From an uncultured Gammaproteobacteria bacterium (GTDB taxonomy: Bacteria > Patescibacteriota > Patescibacteriia > Magasanikbacterales > JBBTQS01), in NCBI GenBank assembly GCA_965230935.1, contig OZ246400.1, positions 630,359-694,358 of the forward strand: a stretch of 64,000 nucleotides of DNA. Reading direction: 5' to 3'. Numbering within the stretch: position 1 is the first letter of the stretch; the number at the start of each line of letters is the position of its first letter. The position numbers and the translations under genes were made by a program. Of this stretch, positions 60,047-64,000 are shown one piece after another. A model generated the notes under the pieces. It searched no databases and had not been told where the DNA came from. It saw only the letters and a program-made list of their open reading frames with translations.

Positions 60047-60322
60047 AGGCGCTATCTAATATTATATTTTTATTTTTTAATTATAGTTGTAGTAGTAGTG
60101 TCTGTGGATAGTGTGGAGAACGTACATTTTTGTTTTGTTTTTCTAGTAAAGTTTTGTGTTTTGTGTTTTTGAGTGGTGTGGGTGGATTGTGCGAAGATGT
60201 GTGCGAAGTGTGTGTGAAATTTTGTTTTTGATTTTTGGGTGTGGGTAGTCCTTTTCTTTTGTGTGTGTTTTGTGAATGTATTTTTGTATTTGTGCAAAGG
60301 CTACACACAGCATGTACGCAGG
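60047..60322. other. dnaA-dnaN intergenic origin-type region: AT-rich 35-bp block, a DnaA box, and a long GT-rich (plus) / CA-rich (minus) tract.
   Basis: AT-only block at 60055-60090. TGTGGATAG at 60103-60111 is an 8/9 match to the DnaA box TGTGGATAA. About 200 nt follow with almost no C on the plus strand (ttttgtgttttgtgtttttgagtggtgtgggtgg...). Confidence 0.5.
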
Positions 60323-61720
60323 TCATTCGTTCATTTTCGCTTTAAGTGTTTCAATTTCCTGTTTTAATTGAATATTGTCTTGGATTTTTGTACTGATTTT
60401 TGTGTGCGCATGCATTGCTGTTGTGTGATCCCGTCCCCCAATTGAGGTTCCAATCGCCGGGTAGGACAATTTAAGCTCCTCGCGCATTAAAAACATGGCA
60501 ATTTGTCGTGGAAAGGCAAGTCGCTTTTCTCGTGATGTACCTAATACCTCATCTTCAGTTATGCCGTAGAAATCCGCCACCATTATTACAACCTGCTTCG
60601 GTGTTTTTGGTTGACGTGCACCAGTAGTTTCAAGAGTGGAGACCAGGTTTTTGACGGTATCCATGCTTGGTGGGATATTTTTGAGCTCGTGATAGGCAAC
60701 AACTTTATTAAGCACTCCCTCAAGTTCACGGATGTTGTTGTGCGCAACACTTGCAATAAGAGTGAGGTGCTCTTTCGTAAGATTAAATCCTCGTGCTTGG
60801 CACTTGTATTCCAGAATTGCAATACGAGTTTCTAGGTCTGGAGCAGCAACATCAGCAATCATTCCCCACTCAAACCGTGACTTAAGACGATCTTCCAAAG
60901 AGGAGATAGCTTTTGGTGGTCTATCAGAGGATAAGATAATCTGTCGGTTTGATTGGTGAAGTTCATTAAAGGTGTGGAAAAATTCTTCTTGGGTACGTTC
61001 TTTACCAGCTAAAAATTGCACATCATCAATGATGAGCAAATCAACGTTTCGATATCGGTTTTTAAAGCTCTTGGCATCTCCGGTACGCACTGAGTTCAAA
61101 AAATCATTGGTGAATTTTTCACAAGATACATAGAGGAGGTTGTTGATACGTTTGGTGCGCAAAAGCTCAGCTCCGATAGCTTGCAAAAGGTGGGTTTTAC
61201 CCAGTCCTACGCCACCATAAATGAACAGTGGGTTATAGGCCACTCCGGGACGGGTTGCGACCGCCTGTGCCGCAGCGTAGGCAAGTTCATTGGTCTTACC
61301 AACAATAAAGGAGTCAAAGGTATATCGTGGATTAAGGCCAAATTCAGTGATACGCTGTGTTGGCGCGGTTACTGCAGCGACTTGTTCAGTGGCAGCTGGC
61401 GTCTCGGTTGTTTCTTCAGAAATTTTTTCTGGCTGTTCCGATTGCTCTGGCTGTTTTGGAATATGTTTAATTTGCTCTACCTTATAGATAATTTTTTGAA
61501 TAGGAGTACCAGAGACTTTTTCAAGTGTTTTCAAAATTTTGGCGTGGTATTTTTTTTCAAGCCAAGCTTTAGTAAAAGTATTGGGGACACACACAATGAC
61601 ATTTCCATTTTCAAAAATACCAATACCAGTATTGTGAAACCAGGTTGTAAAGTTAGCCTTGCTAAGATTGAGTTCAATCTCCGCGAGTACAGCTTCCCAA
61701 AGCTGTTGGTTGTTAAGCAT
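60323..61720 (-). CDS. dnaA: Chromosomal replication initiator DnaA.
   Basis: 465 aa. AAA+ Walker A GGVGLGKTHLLQAIG, Walker B LLIIDDVQF. C-terminal DNA-binding domain. Confidence 0.95.
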   Translation of the reverse strand: MLNNQQLWEAVLAEIELNLSKANFTTWFHNTGIGIFENGNVIVCVPNTFTKAWLEKKYHAKILKTLEKVSGTPIQKIIYKVEQIKHIPKQPEQSEQPEKISEETTETPAATEQVAAVTAPTQRITEFGLNPRYTFDSFIVGKTNELAYAAAQAVATRPGVAYNPLFIYGGVGLGKTHLLQAIGAELLRTKRINNLLYVSCEKFTNDFLNSVRTGDAKSFKNRYRNVDLLIIDDVQFLAGKERTQEEFFHTFNELHQSNRQIILSSDRPPKAISSLEDRLKSRFEWGMIADVAAPDLETRIAILEYKCQARGFNLTKEHLTLIASVAHNNIRELEGVLNKVVAYHELKNIPPSMDTVKNLVSTLETTGARQPKTPKQVVIMVADFYGITEDEVLGTSREKRLAFPRQIAMFLMREELKLSYPAIGTSIGGRDHTTAMHAHTKISTKIQDNIQLKQEIETLKAKMNE

Positions 61721-61899
61721 ACAGTGGCGATGCGTTACGAGCTATAGTACTTCTCAGTCTAACACTACTTTGGTAAATGAAAAAGGGTTTTGCAAAATGA
61801 ATTTTGGGCATGAAGTGGGGATGGGATGTGGATGGAACAAGCGGGTATTTGGCTTGCAAAAAATAGCGTTGCATGATATAGTCTCGGTGCTAAAAATCT

Positions 61900-62052
61900 A
61901 TGCCAAAGCGCACATATCAACCAAAACGTCGTAAGCGAGCCCGCACCCATGGTTTTCGTAAGCTTATGAGTACCAAAAATGGGCGAAATCGCTTGAAACG
62001 CCGTCGAGATAAGGGTCGAAAGCAATTGGCAGTAGGAACCCGAAGAGTGTAA
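61900..62052 (+). CDS. rpmH: 50S ribosomal protein L34.
   Basis: 50 aa, [50 protein letters not shown]. Below the ORF-track size cut-off. Promoter TTGCAA, a 17-nt spacer, then TATAGT directly upstream. A DnaA-box-like TGTGGATGG lies at 61828-61836. Confidence 0.9.
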   Translation: MPKRTYQPKRRKRARTHGFRKLMSTKNGRNRLKRRRDKGRKQLAVGTRRV

Positions 62053-62131
62053 TACAATATTGCTGTTTTCTGTGTTATCCCGGCATGGTGGCCGGTTTTT
62101 TGTTATACTAGGCACAATCTATTGAACATGT

Positions 62132-62476
62132 ATGTACCCAGCAAAGTATCGGCTTAAACACGACAAAGACATTGCCCGTGTGCTTAAAAGTGGGAAAAGC
62201 ACATCTGGTGTATTTTTGCGCTTAAAATACATAAAAAATAAGCTTGACCACCCAAGATTTGCTGTAGTGGTTGGTAAAAAAGTACATAAAAGTGCAGTTG
62301 AGAGGAATAAAAAAAAGCGTCAAATTAGGGAAATTATTAGAAAATCAATGATGAATCAAGGATTTTCTTTTGCTCGAGATGTTGTGGTAATTACGCAAAA
62401 GTCGATTATGGATAAGGATTTTCAGCAGATTAGTGATGAATTGTGTGGGTTATTAGGGGTTAATTCAAGGAAATAG
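62132..62476 (+). CDS. rnpA: Ribonuclease P protein component.
   Basis: 114 aa, basic. RLKHDKDIARVLKSG...FAVVVGKKVHKSAVERNKKKRQIRE is the RnpA pattern. Confidence 0.85.
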   Translation: MYPAKYRLKHDKDIARVLKSGKSTSGVFLRLKYIKNKLDHPRFAVVVGKKVHKSAVERNKKKRQIREIIRKSMMNQGFSFARDVVVITQKSIMDKDFQQISDELCGLLGVNSRK

Positions 62477-62530
62477 TAATTTTTTGTCTAATTTTAGTAC
62501 CTAACTAGTTATACACACGTGTGAATAAAT

Positions 62531-62794
62531 ATGTGGATGGTTAAATCATTGATACAGGTTCCAGCGCGCATTGGGATGGGAATCATACGGTTATATCAAA
62601 AGACTGTTTCTCCAGATCATGGTGTGTTTAAGGCACGCTTTCCGCATGGATATTGTAAATTTTACCCAAGCTGTTCTGAGTATGGGTATCAAAGCTTACA
62701 AAAACACGGATTGATTAAAGGTGGCGCCAAAACCACTTGGAGAATCCTGCGGTGTAATCCATGGACAAAAGGTGGTGTTGATGTAGTGAAATAA
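62531..62794 (+). CDS. yidD: Membrane protein insertion efficiency factor YidD.
   Basis: [44 protein letters not shown] is the YidD/DUF37 signature. Confidence 0.8.
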   Translation: MWMVKSLIQVPARIGMGIIRLYQKTVSPDHGVFKARFPHGYCKFYPSCSEYGYQSLQKHGLIKGGAKTTWRILRCNPWTKGGVDVVK

Positions 62795-62798
62795 TCGT

Positions 62799-63545
62799 AT
62801 GCCTAAAGATAATGTCATTGCACTCTGGGAGGTTTCGCTGGAGTTTTTGTATGGTGAAGAATATACAGAAGGTTTATTGGCGTTTTTGCGACAACATAAG
62901 GCGCAAAGCGTGCTTGACTGTTCTCGTGGTGGTGGGTTTCCATCGATTTTTTTACAACGAGCCGGGTTTGATGTAACAGTAGTCGATGGAGATAAAAATG
63001 TCATTGCTCAATTACGCCACAATTTAGAACAAGAAAGGATGCAAATGGACAATCATGTCCTTGATTGGCGCGCCTTGCATACGTTGAATCATGAGTTTGA
63101 TGCGGTGTTATGCAGTGGGAACTCTCTGGTGTATGTTGGCTCCTGGCACAAAGAAGAGACGTTGCGTGATAGTGCCAATAGTATTGTTTCAGCATTACAA
63201 AATATGTATGAGGTGTTGCGCCCGGGCGGGGTACTCTATGTTGATATGCCGAGTGAGTATGAATATGCACGCGGCCCAAAACTTGATCGGAATTTTCCGC
63301 CGCGGGTAATTCACGGGCAAGAGATGACATTGCGATGGAAAGTTGAGCATGATTGGCCACGTCGGGTACGTCAGGTTACCTCAGAACGAGAGGTGGGTGG
63401 TGAGGTATATACATATCTCTATCATAGTTTCATGCTTAAGCATGATGAGCTGCGTAAGATATTGCACGGTGTGGGATTTAATTCGGTAAAACCGTGGACA
63501 TTACCAGGAGAGCGGATATATCAAGGCTATGTTGCTATTAAATAA
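62799..63545 (+). CDS. Class I SAM-dependent methyltransferase.
   Basis: 248 aa. Motif I VLDCSRGGGFPSIFLQRAGFDVTVVD. Motif post-I/II around LRPGGVLYVDMP. It occupies the position where yidC is usually found. Confidence 0.65.
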   Translation: MPKDNVIALWEVSLEFLYGEEYTEGLLAFLRQHKAQSVLDCSRGGGFPSIFLQRAGFDVTVVDGDKNVIAQLRHNLEQERMQMDNHVLDWRALHTLNHEFDAVLCSGNSLVYVGSWHKEETLRDSANSIVSALQNMYEVLRPGGVLYVDMPSEYEYARGPKLDRNFPPRVIHGQEMTLRWKVEHDWPRRVRQVTSEREVGGEVYTYLYHSFMLKHDELRKILHGVGFNSVKPWTLPGERIYQGYVAIK

Positions 63546-63570
63546 ACCGCGGTCATATGACCGCGGTTTT
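63544..63570 (+). terminator. Intrinsic terminator.
   Basis: aaaccgcggtcat-a-tgaccgcggtttt is a perfect palindrome. Confidence 0.65.
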
Positions 63571-63594
63571 GCTATGCTTTATTTTTACGGAAGA

Positions 63595-63993
63595 CTATGC
63601 TGCTATTTCCTCGACACCACGTTGTGTTTGATCAAATTCCGGTGCTAGTAGTTGGTATGCGTACTCTACCGCTTCAGTGAATCCCGCGCTTTTAGGATCT
63701 TTTTTTAGTTGATCAACAATGAGTTGATCCATTGCATCATGGTCTCCTTTATTTTTGGTGTTTTTGCTTGCGATTTTGCACGCAGTTTCGTAAGCTTCCA
63801 TAAATGCGATAAGCTGTTCGGCTTGTTTTGGATCGGTTGGGTCTGTGGGGATTTTGAAGCGTTTGATAAGATCTCGCTGAATACGATTATGCGCCGTAAG
63901 GATTTCTGCTTGATATTGTTCTCGTGCTTGATCAAGTGGGTTTATTTCGTGTTGTGGGTCACCGGATGTGCCTGCTGGATTAAATACACTCAT
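63595..63993 (-). CDS. Hypothetical soluble protein (132 aa).
   Basis: ORF with an ATG at 63991-63993. Acidic and helical. No motif recognised. Confidence 0.4.
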   Translation of the reverse strand: MSVFNPAGTSGDPQHEINPLDQAREQYQAEILTAHNRIQRDLIKRFKIPTDPTDPKQAEQLIAFMEAYETACKIASKNTKNKGDHDAMDQLIVDQLKKDPKSAGFTEAVEYAYQLLAPEFDQTQRGVEEIAA

Positions 63994-64000
63994 AGAGCAC

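Noticed and set aside
60070-60326. Two - strand ORFs (60070-60297, 60081-60326) encoding His/Thr/Lys/Gln-rich peptides in the dnaA-dnaN spacer.
   Set aside because: They are produced by translating the low-complexity CA-rich tract and overlap the putative origin. Non-coding is far more likely.

Overview
The backbone is AT-rich (about 43-45% GC) and gene-dense, with short intergenic spacers and overlapping stop/start codons. Its gene content is suggestive of a Patescibacteria/CPR-like genome (organism guess only; inference): a tandem array of VirB2/TrbC-like pilins, a DUF5667-type signal-peptide protein, a stand-alone REC response regulator and rpmH-rnpA-yidD without yidC. Housekeeping genes recognised from motifs include class II ribonucleotide reductase (partial, runs off the window start; the ORF track missed it because it has no in-window stop), ruvB, a livJHMGF-type branched-chain amino acid ABC operon, galU, rpsO-pnp, lspA, ychF, rmuC, rpsT, holA-polA, a PBP1A-type enzyme, and the replication-origin cluster dnaN-dnaA / rpmH-rnpA-yidD. 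I identified six tRNAs by folding: Ser-CGA, His-GTG, Arg-TCT, Arg-CCT, Cys-GCA and a 3' fragment duplicate of tRNA-Arg. The most unusual feature is a set of five discrete ORFs (at about 20.4, 32.4, 48.7, 53.0 and 54.0 kb) that are 60-70% GC with strong GC3 bias and that I could not assign to any protein family. Each sits between backbone genes as its own unit: an SD sequence (in three cases a consensus TTGACA-17-TATAxT promoter), then the ORF, then a CA-rich tract containing variants of ACACAACAT, then a GC hairpin and a T-tract. One of these ORFs is frameshifted at a G5 run, and one makes holA read through its terminator. Other items worth a second look are a roughly 420-nt promoter-to-terminator non-coding unit upstream of dksA-lspA, an NYN nuclease gene inserted between rpsO and pnp, a sensor kinase split by a +1 frameshift in an A6 tract, NrdR-type tandem boxes upstream of nrdJ, and an extremely GT/CA strand-skewed dnaA-dnaN spacer that carries a DnaA box.
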